Origin: Octopus bimaculoides
Lineage: Eukaryota
DNA: 64,000 nucleotides
NCBI RefSeq assembly: GCF_001194135.2
Contig: NC_068981.1
Location: 89,775,659 to 89,839,658 of the forward strand
Direction: 5' to 3'
Shown: positions 11,470-24,707 of the stretch, piece by piece
How the letters are laid out: each line of letters opens with the position of its first letter
How positions within the stretch are numbered: the stretch's first letter is position 1
Translations under genes and position numbers: made by a program
Notes under the pieces: model-generated
The model's input: only the letters and a program-made list of their open reading frames with translations
Databases searched by the model: none
What the model was told of the DNA's origin: nothing

Positions 11470-12240
11470 TTGTTACATATTTATCGATTTGTGGTATAGA
11501 AAATGTAATAATATCCCATTATTAGCTTCGTAAGAACAGGAGCTGCTTTCGTTCCTCTCGTAATTCCACATTTTTGACGATAGTAGATGTCACCAAATAG
11601 GAAATAATTGTTCTAAAGTATAGATTTTAAAGTTTCAATGAGAACATCCTGGTTTGTGCGTTCTAGGAGTTCTTCGGGGGGTACTTTTCCAGCCAGAATT
11701 ATATTGCTTCTATTCCATAGTTATGTGGGAGAGTGGGGTAAAGATTAATAACATCGAAAGAAATCAATAATGTCACTTCATTAGTTGCTTTTAGTAGGTG
11801 TTTAAGCATATCTAGATCGTCTCTAATGACATTTTTTATGTATTTCAGCATGGGTTTCAACGGTTTGTCTAGAAAATTGTTTAGGTGATGGGTTTCACAG
11901 GCTTGACCATTTATAATGGATCTTAACTTTAAATCTTCTGGCACTAGGATATTTATGTATTTGCCTAGTGATTGTTTGCAGGCTTCATTAGCTATCTTGC
12001 GCTTGTTTATTTTAGATAGGACGTAAAAAACTAGTTTTACATTTAAAGTTTGTATTAAGATGTTTCTTTTTCTGCCACACTTTTCCCATATAGATGAATT
12101 AAGGATGTAAGGTTTTTAATTGTTTTTTTTTGTTGTTGTTTATAGCTTAAAAGTTTTCATAGAAGTTATAGTTTTTTTTAGCATGGATAATACTAGTTTT
12201 TGTTGTATTCTGTGTCCATCAGGACATAACTATATAAGAC
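11470..12240 (-). pseudogene. Decayed Penelope-like element reverse transcriptase
   Basis: Pieced translation VLMDTEY...KTSFFYVLSKINK...PEDLKLRSIING...SFDVINLYPTLP...NNYFLFGDIYYRQKCGITRGTKAAPVLTKLIMGY gives PLE RT motifs (FYGLPKIHK, RPI, DVxxLY, QxxGxxMG), with stops and frameshifts. Confidence 0.85.
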
Positions 12241-13219
12241 AGACAAGTATGGCACTTAGACAGAGAACTACACTACCTCAGGAACAGATCAGTTTCCCAC
12301 AATATACACAGATTCACTTGAGTGAACATATAAACAGATGTGCAGTTAATATCCAACCGAGCTTCACAGTTTTCCCCATCTATCAGTGAAAAGAAACTAT
12401 TTCTGTACAAGAACATTTAAAATTGAAAAAAAATATTTATCGAAAAATACCAGAAGACGACTAAATATGAACGCAGAACCAACTTTCGTCTCAGTATATA
12501 TTTTAATTCATGTTCACATACGCATCACTGTAAATACTGCATTTCACTACTTTAGGTTTTGAGTTCTTGCATATTTATTTATCCAATCCCCAAAATATGA
12601 GCAATTACCTCCCCTGTCCTGAATAATAACGATAACCAATTACCTCCCCTTAGATATTTCTACTTGTTGACTCATTTTATTCACAAACCCCCATACACAA
12701 TATGGATTAATACCCTTTTAAGAAAATACGAAATTAAAATAATTTCAATGTCATGATTAACGAAAGCGAAACCGGTTGACAAACAAAATACCCTTTCACT
12801 TATAAAATCTCTTTAACGATATAATAATGTAAATTGTGTGCATTTTCATTACACACACACACACACACGCACACACACACACACACACATATATATNNNN
12901 NNNNNNNNNNNNNNNNNNNNNNNNNNNNNNNNNNNNNNNNNNNNNNNNNNNNNNNNNNNNNNNNNNNNNNNNNNNNNNNNNNNNNNNNNNNNNNNNNNNN
13001 NNNNNNNNNNNNNNNNNNNNNNNNNNNNNNNNNNNNNNNNNNNNNNNNNNNNNNNNNNNNNNNNNNNNNNNNNNNNNNNNNNNATATATATATATTACAT
13101 GAGCATAATTATTAACGTATATGTGTACGCGTGTGTGTGTGAGTGTATGTGTGAACATTATGTGCGTGTGTGTGTATATGCGTGTGTGTATGCGTGTGAA
13201 CATATATATACACATAGTC

Positions 13220-13381
13220 GCAGGCGTGGCTGTGCGGTGAGAAGTTTTCTTCCCAACTAGATGATTCTGGGTTCAGTCCCACTGTACAGAATTTGAGCAG
13301 GTGTCTTCAGCTATAGCCTCGGGGTTGACGTAAACCCTAGAGGGGATCTAGCAGACAGAAATTTAAAGAGGCCCGTCCTAT

Positions 13382-13412
<31 letters not shown>

Positions 13413-13633
13413 CGTCTTTATGTCTATGTTGGTTCTCCAGCACCGCTTAACCACCGGTGTTGGTATGTTTCCGCCCCCGTAACCTAGCAGCTTGGAAAAA
13501 TAGACTGATATACTAAGTACTGGGTTTACAAAAAAGTTCTTGCATTCATTTGTTCGACTAAATCTTTAAGAGGTGGTGCCCCTGCAAGGCTACAGGCAAA
13601 TGGCTACAATACGTAAAAGATAAAAGATAAAAG
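13220..13633 (+). mobile_element. tRNA-derived SINE family A (OR-like), decayed
   Basis: gcgtggctgtgcggtgagaag...gggttcagtcccactg head, central (TG)n, taaaaga tail; homologous to 31488-31933. Confidence 0.85.
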
Positions 13634-13636
13634 AAA

Positions 13637-13838
13637 TGCAGCACAGAACTTTGTCAGTGAACAGGTTGCGGTCTCAAAGCGACGAAAATATTTTGACAAA
13701 TTAAATTTAAATGTTGAAGTGAATCTAACGGTTTTTGTGTGTTATTATAAATGGCTTATAAACACCTTCCACGCTGCAATTGTTTTCGTTCCAGCACACG
13801 ATCTCAGATCAGGTCACTTGCTATGCACGTACATCTCC
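13637..13838. mobile_element. One arm of a long-TIR MITE (same family as 31212-31975)
   Basis: gtgaacaggttgcggtctcaaagcgacg...gatctcagatcaggtcacttgctatgcacgtacatctcc is about 90% identical by eye to the right arm at 31350-31975. Confidence 0.85.
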
Positions 13839-13993
13839 GCAAAAGATAAAAGGGATAAATGAAATACTTGCATGTGTGCGTGTGTCTGTGTGTCTGTGCG
13901 TGTGCACGCGCGCGTGTGTGTGTACGGGTGTGCATGTGTGTGCGTGTGTACGTGCGTGTATGAATGTATGTGTTCATACGTGTATGCAGATGA

Positions 13994-14020
<27 letters not shown>

Positions 14021-14055
<35 letters not shown>

Positions 14056-14065
14056 TGATAGATAG
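14021..14065. repeat. Part of a (GATA)n array (13995-14065)
   Basis: Direct reading. Confidence 0.9.
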
Positions 14066-14695
14066 CTGTACACTTATTATTTCTTTTATATTTGTGTAGT
14101 CTTTTTATTTGTGCAGTCTTTCTAATTCAAAAGAAAAACAAGAAGTAAACTTTCTTGACGTCTGTTAAAAAGTCTCTTCTTTTTTATTCATCTACCGCTA
14201 TATTTTGATATGTATATGTTATTTCTTTCTGTCTTGGTATTTTTACGACAAAGTTTGTAATTCCATGTCCACTTTGAAAGACAGCTGAAATACTCTATTG
14301 AGACATAACACGCAAGCAAATGCCAGGAAACCTTTGGATCACTGGAAAATGTACTTTACTTTTTTCATAGCTTTTTGCGAATTTTCATTTTTGTTTATCT
14401 AATTATTTTTCTTCCTTATCTCTTATGTTATTTTCTATTAATATATTTTTGAACAAGACTAGCTGTTTACCTTTACTAAAAAGAAATAACAAACTGGAGA
14501 AGAAGATGAAGCATATTAATGATGATAACAAATTCAACATCTCGAACTTATTATCAGCTTCTCAAACCTTTACAAAATCTCCAATGGGAAGTGAAATTTT
14601 GAACCAAACAAGTAAACTAACGATACATAAGTATCTATTTATTTATCTATATCAATCTATATGTGTGTGTGTGTGTGTGTGTGTATAAGCAGATA

Positions 14696-15072
14696 GGGGG
14701 CGCAATGGCCCAGTGGTTAGGCAGCGGACTCGCGGTCATAGGATCGCGGTTTCAATTCCCAGACCGAGCGTTGTGAGTGCTTATTGAGAGAAAACACCTA
14801 AAGCTCCACGAGGCCCCAGCAGGGGATGGTGGCGAACCCTGCTGTATTCTTCCACCACCTCTTATTTCCTGTTTCTGTTGTGCCTGTAATTCAAAGGGTC
14901 AGCCTTGTCACACTGTATCACGCTGAATATCACCGAGAACTACGTTAAGGGTACACGTGTCTATGGAGTGCTCAGCCACTTGCACGTTAATTTCACGAGC
15001 AGGCTGTTCCATTGATCGGATCAACTGGAACCCTCGACGTCGTAAGCGACGGAGTGTCAACAACAACAACAA
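14696..15072 (+). mobile_element. tRNA-derived SINE family B with (CAA)n tail, near full length
   Basis: A-box ggcgcaatggcccagtggttagg, B-box ggtttcaattccc, 3' end ...cgacggagtgtcaacaacaacaac. Trinucleotide tails are typical of RTE-mobilised SINEs (inference). Confidence 0.85.
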
Positions 15073-15269
15073 TAAGCAGATAGACAAATAGATACACACA
15101 CACACACACACACACACACTAAAACTGTGCCGCAGTTTCGACATTATGAGAATTATGATTTATTTAGTAAATTGTTTTATTGTTTTACTTGCTATGGTTT
15201 CGGCTTCATGAAAATTATCCCTTTCTGCCTGCGATCACTTGCACCAACGATAAGAAATGAAGGCCTATC

Positions 15270-15455
15270 TAGATGGTTTTTCGATCTGCTAGAATGGGCA
15301 GCCAAAATCTCCGAATCTCATCTCCTCCATTGATCCCGGGACCACAGTGGATAATGTGGTCCGGTTTTTTTCCTGAAAGTAGGAAAAAGTCGGGATGGTC
15401 TCGGCTGGAATGTCTTTCATCATAGGGCGTCTTGATCAAAGATAACTTGGGGCTA
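15270..15455 (+). mobile_element. Retroposon family E 3' part
   Basis: gctagaatgggcagccaaaatctcc...gggatggtctcggctggaatgtctttcatcatagg...ttggggcta, shared with copies near 33.0, 36.4, 36.9, 60.4, 60.9 and 63.3 kb. Confidence 0.65.
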
Positions 15456-17230
15456 CTCTGGATGCTGCTTAAGATTTCTTTTCTGTGTAGTCCCAACATT
15501 CATATCTAAAATCCATTAAGTATCCCTCATATGCTTCATGTGGTGCAACAACTGAAAGAGGTAACATTTGTCTTAAATGTATTCCTAATCATGCAATATA
15601 CATCGAAAAACAAACTAGATCAAGATCTCCAAATTAAACAGCATCAATGAATTCTTAGACCTGTTGTACATATGAAAAGACAAGCAACGTTACTAATTTA
15701 TCCATTTCACTCATGAGATTTTGATCATGCTAGGCACCACCTTGAAGCGGGTGAGATTTGTTGTTCATGTCGATGAAAAATTTTGAAACATACAGAGATA
15801 CCTTGGCTTACATTATTGATAAGTATTTTTCGAATCCACAGCTCAGTGAGATAGCTACTACATTTACTGAGAGATCTAACCATAAGAACTTTTTTCTGAT
15901 ACAAAACTAAGGATAAAATACAATGTATTGCTGTTTGTTAAAGTTTCACCAATATAGACGTACAGTACCAGAATGGTATCATAGCTAGATTGTATCTTTG
16001 ATTTCGTTATATAGTTAAGATTGTTTACTTCATGACGTAAAGTGAAATCCAATAGATAACAGTCCACAAGATAGAAGAGATAAGAAGGACTATAGCTTTC
16101 GGGAATGTTGTCTCCTAAGAGTGCACATTTATTATGGCATATTTAGACTTCTACACCATCTAAAGAATCAAATGTTTCAAACAAAATGCATTTCAAAAGA
16201 AATTATATATTTCATGATTCTTTATAAAATTCCAACCATCTCACAATTTTGAAAATAACCAAAGAATTTTCATGGGTAGTGCTAATCAACATGATTATGA
16301 TATGCTCGGATATCTATCTGTGAGCTGATGAAACGGATTCAGGTGTTTGGTGAGGAATGGCAGGAAGTATTTATCAACATTGCATAGATGAGAAGTGATT
16401 ACGGACAGAGCGACTACATATGTAAAGTAAAAATATAAATTGGACTCACGAATTGAAATGCCGACACAGTTTACCCATAGTAGCAGAAAAAAATACATGC
16501 AAATAAAAAAAGGCAAAAAAGTAGTGCAGCATGAGGCTTACTTTCATCTTGTTTCATGAAGCAAAAACTTGAAATGCTTGAAATAAAATAAGTAGAAATA
16601 ATCTATAAAGAAAATACTTGAATCGTAGTTTTTTTGAAAAATAGTTGTTAAAAATCAATGAAATTTTTCATTGTAGAATTACGATTTGTGTTGTTTTGCC
16701 TTGGTTTGACTTTCAAGTCATCCAAATAACAAATCTTAAATCAAAGACAAAGTTTTTCTTTTGTAGTTAACGATGGATGTCAGTCATTGTTGTTGGTATT
16801 TGTGCTTCTGTTGCTTTTGTTGTTGCACATATGTAAAAGTGTGTGTATGCTTTTGTATCTTTTTCTACATACGTTCGTGTGTGTGGCTGGGTGTATATGT
16901 CTTTGTATGAGTGTATATGTGTAATTGAAAAAATATCCCACATATAAAATTATAGTGAAACTTCTTAAGAACCCATGCTAAGAAACTTGCATGCTCTTTT
17001 GATTCGAATTTTTTTTTTTTTGAAAGTCCATAGATGCGAGTAGCCTTTTATATCGAAGAAGAGAAATATCTAAAAATCAATCAGTCAGTTTTAATCCAAT
17101 ATCTCATTGGCTGGCTATAGTCATCGTGTACAAAAATTGATGGAAGTCGTACCAAAAAAGAATACATATCACTTTAAAAACTTATTCTTTCATTACTCTT
17201 TGTAATATACAAGACATCGTGAATTAATAC

Positions 17231-17368
17231 CGATAATGTATACAGTTTGCCTAGCTGGTTTTAATAGCTTTACTTCATTTGTTCTCATATCGTTAATGTT
17301 CTTGACTAAAGCTTGCAACTCGTTTAATATAATTTCATCTTTGGCATAAATCTGCCAGCTATTGTGAA
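17231..17368 (-). CDS. Candidate symmetric (phase 1-1) 138-nt exon, HNSWQIYAKDEIILNELQALVKNINDMRTNEVKLLKPARQTVYII
   Basis: AG/GT bounded, length a multiple of 3, open frame with an in-frame stop just upstream in the intron. Donor (gtatta) is weak. Confidence 0.25.
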
Positions 17369-17984
17369 CTTTATTTTTAAAAGAATAAAATAACTAAACA
17401 TGTTGTCAAATTGAGTGTATTCAAATTACTGAAAAAGTTTCAGTCGCCACTTGCTATGGTCGTTTACTCGTGTAAAACTCAAGCTTTTTCGTGGGACAAG
17501 GCACACATACGGGAGTCATTGAACTTTATGACTTCATGCTTACAAGTGAGGAAGCCTCTACACGGCCACACAACATGCTAACAATGACACATATCTCTCT
17601 AAAACCATATGCTTATATTTTTCAATCTAAGGAAAACTAAGGAACTGATACTGTCGGGAAGACACACACGCTAGCCGCTCAGAAACACAGAATGACTGTT
17701 AGCTTTACTTAAACATTTACTGTTTGTAATAGGTGTCAAATTTTCTGTAGCTCATCACTGCGAACTGGTCACAGTGAACATTACACTGCAGTGTAACGTT
17801 GTTAGAGACCAGTTCTTCCACGCTATAACTGTGTTGGTTTCAGCATAAGATCACACATTAAATAATTTGCCTGGTAAGTACATTTTCGTAATAAGGAAAT
17901 AATGTAGTACCAAATATTGTATGGCTGAATGAAGGAAAGAATAACCAAAACTTAATAGTACATCCACAGAAGAAATTTAAAATA

Positions 17985-18175
17985 ATGATTTCAAATTTTG
18001 GCAAAAGGCCAGCAAATGCTGGGAATAGGTAAGTTGATTACATTTACCCCAGCATTCCACTGATATTTATCTTGTCAAACTCGAAAGGCTGAATTTTAAC
18101 TCAGAACATAAAGACGGACGAAATGCCGCTAAGCATCTTTTCCGGCGTGCAAACGATTCTACCAGCTCGCTGCCT
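17985..18175 (-). mobile_element. tRNA-derived SINE family C, internally deleted
   Basis: Reverse complement reads aggcagcgagctggtagaatcgtttgcacgccgg...gttctgagttaaaattc; homologous to 43773-43990. Confidence 0.85.
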
Positions 18176-18331
18176 AAAACAAAAATTAATAATAATGGGC
18201 AATTCCTTGTCAGAATAGTTAGTGCGTCCTGAAAATGTCTTACGGTATTTAGTTACGGTTCTTTATGTTCTCAGTTAAGATTTCTTCGTGACCAAAATTG
18301 CCTTGCATCTTTTGAGAGTAAAATATGAAAG

Positions 18332-18391
<60 letters not shown>
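18332..18391. repeat. (TAG)n microsatellite
   Basis: Direct reading. Confidence 0.95.
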
Positions 18392-18392
<1 letters not shown>

Positions 18393-19204
18393 TGATTTAG
18401 TGAAAGATAATTTGAACACCCAACCACTAATGCTCTAATTTAACGTATAAGCTTTTCCTTTCATGGCCAGCATCCGTCAGTTTTAACTTATGCCATTGAA
18501 AACTACGGAGATTGATTTCCATTTTTGTAGTTCTAAAACGTGAAAGAACTGACACAATAGCACAGTAGCAACATTAGAAACTACTATAAAGTCACCATTT
18601 ACAGTACAATAAATCAGACATTCAACGATTCTGAATATCAGAAAAGATGATGACAAATGACTACTACTACTGTAGAAGATCGGACATTATCTTTAAAATG
18701 CAAATAAAAATCGTTTCGATACTACTAGGAAATAAGATGACAAGAAAAGTAGTAAATCGATCATCGGAAATGCAATTAAATTCTTCGAAGATTTCTAATA
18801 ATTAAATTATTACGAAGCAGAGGTAGTTTGTAAAATAAGCTTTAAATGACAAGAATAATGACTATGACAAACAATCAAGAAAGAAGTAGCTAAACAGAAG
18901 GAGGCCTCAAATGAAAATACCTGCCAAATCTCTTCCAAGAACAACCAACCGTTTTAAAATTAAAATTAAAAAAAGAAAAACAGAAATAGAAAATTAAACA
19001 ATACGAGCTGTTCATGGCTGGAACGGCGCCGAGTTAGAGATTAAATAACAGTAACCATGAAGGAACAATGTTAAGTGGATAATTCTGTTTGTCGTAGACC
19101 GTCACCTGCATCATCGGATATGAGATTCTTACTGTATAATTCCATGGGTTGATTGAAAGCATCGAGAGAAGACTTGGTGTATTCTCATTCAACATCAACG
19201 TCAA

Positions 19205-19430
19205 CGTACGTTTCTGATATTATTCAGCATATTCTGTCAAGTTGTCCAACAATCAAGCCTAATGTAGTTACATACACATCTATCAGGCTGTTTTGGATAA
19301 CAAACTTTAACAACATTCCTAACAAGGTAAACAACAGTTTACACACAAGGCAGACATATTTGTACAGGAAACAAAAAATAATAAATTTTTAAAGCTAACT
19401 ACATGTAGAAGTTATGTGCATGTCAACTGT
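19205..19430 (+). pseudogene. Highly decayed RLE-type non-LTR retrotransposon fragment
   Basis: DIIQHILSSCP resembles the HIxxxC half of the CCHC knuckle; a downstream xDIFVQ resembles the RPD/KPD endonuclease motif. Confidence 0.35.
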
Positions 19431-19605
19431 GTGACTATCACATGATACAGAGTATTAAGAAACATGTTGAAATGTTAGGCTGTTTGATTTTGTCTTTTAA
19501 TTTGTGATTGATGCAAGATGAAGAATGCTTAATTGCTTCAGTAAAGAATTTGACGTCACCTGTAAGAAAGATCCAGCTGACAGCAACATGGCAACCGCCA
19601 CATAG

Positions 19606-19885
<280 letters not shown>

Positions 19886-20272
19886 GTTCTCGAATTTGAT
19901 GGACATATAGTGGTAAGCAAGCCGACACAAGATCTCTACTGCAACTTTTTTATTGATGTATCCGAAAAGACCCAGAACGACGGGTCGAAACATATGTTGT
20001 ACTCAATAAAGTCTAATACACATTCCATCTCCTATTTTATTAATGCTATATATATAACTCTGTATGTATATAGTTATGTTATATTCTGTTAAGAACGTAG
20101 TAGAGTACAGTATAAAGCTCGTCCACCTTCAGATTTCCCCCGAGTGCTGCCAGATTTGTGTTGGGGCTTCTGTAGTGTATGAATAGATAATTGACTCCGA
20201 CATATTTAATTATATGTATGTATGTATGCATGTATGTATGTATGTATGTATGTATGTATGTATGTATGTATG

Positions 20273-20315
<43 letters not shown>

Positions 20316-20324
20316 CAGTTTTTA

Positions 20325-20513
20325 CCTTCAACGTATTTTAGTCATTAGACTGTGGCCATGCTGAGGCACTACTGCTTTGAAGAATTTTAGTCAAGCAAAC
20401 CGACTCCAGTACTTGTTTATTTTACCGAACGATTAGGTTACAGGGAATATAAACATACCAACACCGGCTGTCAAATGGTGTTGGGAGACAAACACAGACA
20501 CAAAGACACACAG

Positions 20514-20576
<63 letters not shown>

Positions 20577-20685
20577 CACATGTACACACACGCACACAAA
20601 TATACATACACATATCTATATACGACAGGCTTCTGTCAGTTTCTGTCGACCAAATTTACTCACAAGGCTTTAGCTAGCCCCAGAC
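20325..20685 (-). mobile_element. SINE family A, 5' head missing at the junction with a LINE fragment
   Basis: gactgtggccatgctgaggcac...accggctgtcaaatggtg...ggcttctgtcagtttctgtcgaccaaatttactcacaaggcttt is the reverse complement of the family A body. Confidence 0.85.
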
Positions 20686-20687
20686 TC

Positions 20688-20960
20688 AAGTAGAAATTGC
20701 AAGAATTTGGAGTATGCAAGTGTAAAGATTGTGCCTATAATAATTGGTGCATTGGGAACTGTAAGCAAAGATATAGACACATGGTTGGACGAGATTCGAA
20801 TAGAATGTTGTGTAGAGCTTCTGCCGGAAGTTTGCATTTTAGGGACAGGAAAGATTATCAGGAGTGTTCTAAGCACTTGAAAGAATATTGAAAGCTAGTT
20901 GACACCAAATGTTACGGGTAGTTACTCGCTACTCACATAAATCTCGTTAGTGTCTCCGCT
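20688..20960 (+). pseudogene. R4/Dong-clade LINE extreme 3' fragment
   Basis: VEIARIW..VKIVPIIIGALGTVSKDIDTWLDEIRIECCVELLPEVCILGTGKIIRSVLST* matches the RLE C-terminus of R4-clade ORFs. Confidence 0.85.
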
Positions 20961-20967
20961 GTGCAGC

Positions 20968-21635
20968 AACTGTAATAGAATGGACGAAGCCATTGCCCAT
21001 ATCACGAACGAATGCCCTAGACTTGCCCAGGATTACTACTAGTTGTGGCGACACGATCAGGTGGAGAAAGTGATCCATTGGAAACTGTGCGAAAAGTAGG
21101 GGCTAGAGAGATGCAAGACGTGGTATGAGCACAAACCACAGAGAGTAGCAGAGTCAGAGATTTGCAAAATCCTCTGGGATTTTCCAATCCAAACAGTTCA
21201 GGTGCTTGAGTATAAAAGACCGGACGTAGTGGTAGTCGACAAGATGCACCACATGTGCTCTATATTTAATGATGCCTCTCACTTTGACCCACAAAAAGAC
21301 AAGAAGAAAGGTGAAAAATTGATAAATACACTCCTCTTAAGTCGGAAGTAGCCCGGCTATAGCAAATGAAGATGAAGATAGTGCCAATTATTGTTGGGTC
21401 CTTGGGTGAGTATCAGAAGGCATCAAGAAGAATTTAAAGGAAATCGGAATAGCGTGCCCAGTAGAACTGTTACATGAGGTTTGTCTTCTTGGCACGACCA
21501 GAATAATGAGGAAAGTATAAATTAGTTGCAAAGAATAGATAGCATGGCATGATGCCGTACGCTGCAAGTAGCAAGCCCACTACACATGCGAGATTCCAGG
21601 AGTTTCAACAAAACCTGAGATAAAAAGAAATAATA
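20968..21635 (+). pseudogene. R4/Dong-clade LINE 3' fragment (CCHC knuckle plus restriction-like endonuclease)
   Basis: CNRMDEAIAHITNECPRLAQDYY*LWRHDQV..IHWKLC..WYEHKP..ILWDFPIQT..KRPDVVVVDK..KIVPIIVGSLG..VCLLGTTRIMRKV*, then 3' UTR and an aataataat tail. Confidence 0.9.
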
Positions 21636-21643
21636 ATAATAAT

Positions 21644-21681
21644 TACCCCAGTGTCAATTTGATGGCATATGCTGCTCTCTC

Positions 21682-21682
<1 letters not shown>
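21644..21682 (+). mobile_element. 3' tip of the unnamed TAA-associated element (family F)
   Basis: ttaccccagtgtcaatttgatggcatatgctgctctctc|aataataat. Matches the inverse of gagagagc (55663-55672) and ccatcaaagt..tg.ggta (about 44925). Confidence 0.6.
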
Positions 21683-21763
<81 letters not shown>

Positions 21764-22181
21764 NNNNNNNNNNNNNNNNNNNNNNNNNNNNNNNNNNNNN
21801 NNNNNNNNNNNNNNNNNNNNNNNNNNNNNNNNNNNNNNNNNNNNNNNNNNNNNNNNNNNNNNNNNNNNNNNNNNNNNNNNNNNNNNNNNNNNNNNNNNNN
21901 NNNNNNNNNNNNNNNNNNNNNNNNNNNNNNNNNNNNNNNNNNNNNNNNNNNNNNNNNNNNNNNNNNNNNNNNNNNNNNNNNNNNNNNNNNNNNNNNNNNN
22001 NNNNNNNNNNNNNNNNNNNNNNNNNNNNNNNNNNNNNNNNNNNNNNNNNNNNNNNNNNNNNNNNNNNNNNNNNNNNNNNNNNNNNNNNNNNNNNNNNNNN
22101 NNNNNNNNNNNNNNNNNNNNNNNNNNNNNNNNNNNNNNNNNNNNNNNNNNNNNNNNNNNNNNNNNNNNNNNNNNNNNNNNN

Positions 22182-22245
<64 letters not shown>

Positions 22246-22280
22246 TAATAATAATGATAATAATAATAATAATAATAATA
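21682..22280. repeat. (TAA)n array spanning an assembly gap
   Basis: Direct reading on both sides of the N-run; a further (TAA)n at 22460-22548. Confidence 0.9.
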
Positions 22281-22457
22281 TATGGCACTCTTTTTTAATT
22301 TTGACTCTATAACTTCAGGAGGAGTTACCTCAATCCTTTCTATATTAACCAAAATGAAGTAGATTGACAAATTTATTTTTTGAACCAGTTGAAGACACAC
22401 AAGATGTCAAAATATCATTCACTAGATAACAATGGCACTCTTCTTTTAATTTTGACT

Positions 22458-22549
<92 letters not shown>

Positions 22550-22734
22550 CCTTTCTATTATTATGTGTTTCAATATCTAATAAGTTCTTAATATTTTGTT
22601 TTAAATTTACAATCCCTTAGCATCACATACAAGATATATATAGAAAATAGACGTAAGTTAGGTGAGAACAATTACATCTAAATTCAAATAATAATATTGT
22701 TTTAATCATTAAAATTTTATACCTTTTCGTGATT

Positions 22735-22920
22735 TTTGCCCACGATGTAGGTAGAAGGTATGAAATTTAGTGGGAATGGGGCGAGGCGATTATTTCCACC
22801 CCAGTGCTCAACCGATACTTATTTCATCCACCCCGATGAATGAAAGGCAAAGTTGACCTCAGCAGAATTTGAAATAAAAAACGTGAAGAACCGTAACTAA
22901 ATACAGCAAATCATTTTGTC
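22735..22920 (-). mobile_element. SINE family C, decayed
   Basis: ccccagtgctcaaccgatacttatt...gaaaggcaaagttgacctcagcagaatttgaa. Confidence 0.75.
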
Positions 22921-23536
22921 CGAATGATTATGCTGATGATGATGATGTTGATGATGACGAGTAGGAGATTGATAATGAGCATGATCATGATGATGGCGAG
23001 AAGATTGAGGAAGAGGAATCACTTTATGCTTCTTCAGAAGAAGAACTGCAACAAACACAACACTAATAAATTAATATGTTACATGTAAGAATACACATTA
23101 ATTTTTTGGTATTTTCTTCATTCTAAATTTACGAGCCTAATTGAAGCTTAGATACTAAAAAAAAAAAGAAACTAAGTTTATTTGAGTGGTAAAATGAGAG
23201 TTAGTTACACACTTAGACATGGAAACATGATTAATAAACCACTATAAACCATACACGCGCATACACACATATTTATATTACATGCTTAAACGATGTACAC
23301 TCACATCCACACGCGCACATGATCATGTATACATATGTATATTGCATGTGTTTCAGTTTTTGAATTCTTTCAATTTCAAGCAAAGAGAAGAGAAATGAAT
23401 TCGATGTCAGTATGCATAAATATTTCAGTTTTTATATGCAAATACATAGCGCTTCAAAACACACATGCACATATATATATATTTATATATGCGTTTATAA
23501 ATATATATATATGTGTGTGTGTGCGTGTGTGTGAAC

Positions 23537-23583
<47 letters not shown>

Positions 23584-24033
23584 TATACATACATTTATAT
23601 ATACACACACACACACTGACGTATATAGACTGCTACACACCATATATATAAGTACGTATTGGCATATACACAGAGGGTATATATTTATATGTACACACAT
23701 ATACATATCTACATATGCTTATATATTTATACATATAAACACATACATATACATACGTACATATATTTGTGTGTGTATGTATGTGTATGCATATGATAGG
23801 TGTATTCAGACAGTTATTCATATATGCGTGTGTGTGTGTAAGTAAGTTAGCATAATTTGTTTAGATTAAAGATTAAACTGACATGTTTAAACAGCCAGGA
23901 TGAAACGGCAATGTAAATCAATGTAAATGATTTGATAAACGAAATGAAGAGAATGAGACAAGTGTCTGAAGAAAGACTGCTATAACAAAAAGAGCATCAG
24001 TAGAGGTGCAAAAAATGTATATGTATACATTGA

Positions 24034-24065
<32 letters not shown>

Positions 24066-24068
24066 CAT

Positions 24069-24118
<50 letters not shown>

Positions 24119-24673
24119 NNNNNNNNNNNNNNNNNNNNNNNNNNNNNNNNNNNNNNNNNNNNNNNNNNNNNNNNNNNNNNNNNNNNNNNNNNNNNNNNNN
24201 NNNNNNNNNNNNNNNNNNNNNNNNNNNNNNNNNNNNNNNNNNNNNNNNNNNNNNNNNNNNNNNNNNNNNNNNNNNNNNNNNNNNNNNNNNNNNNNNNNNN
24301 NNNNNNNNNNNNNNNNNNNNNNNNNNNNNNNNNNNNNNNNNNNNNNNNNNNNNNNNNNNNNNNNNNNNNNNNNNNNNNNNNNNNNNNNNNNNNNNNNNNN
24401 NNNNNNNNNNNNNNNNNNNNNNNNNNNNNNNNNNNNNNNNNNNNNNNNNNNNNNNNNNNNNNNNNNNNNNNNNNNNNNNNNNNNNNNNNNNNNNNNNNNN
24501 NNNNNNNNNNNNNNNNNNNNNNNNNNNNNNNNNNNNNNNNNNNNNNNNNNNNNNNNNNNNNNNNNNNNNNNNNNNNNNNNNNNNNNNNNNNNNNNNNNNN
24601 NNNNNNNNNNNNNNNNNNNNNNNNNNNNNNNNNNNNNNNNNNNNNNNNNNNNNNNNNNNNNNNNNNNNNNNNN

Positions 24674-24707
<34 letters not shown>

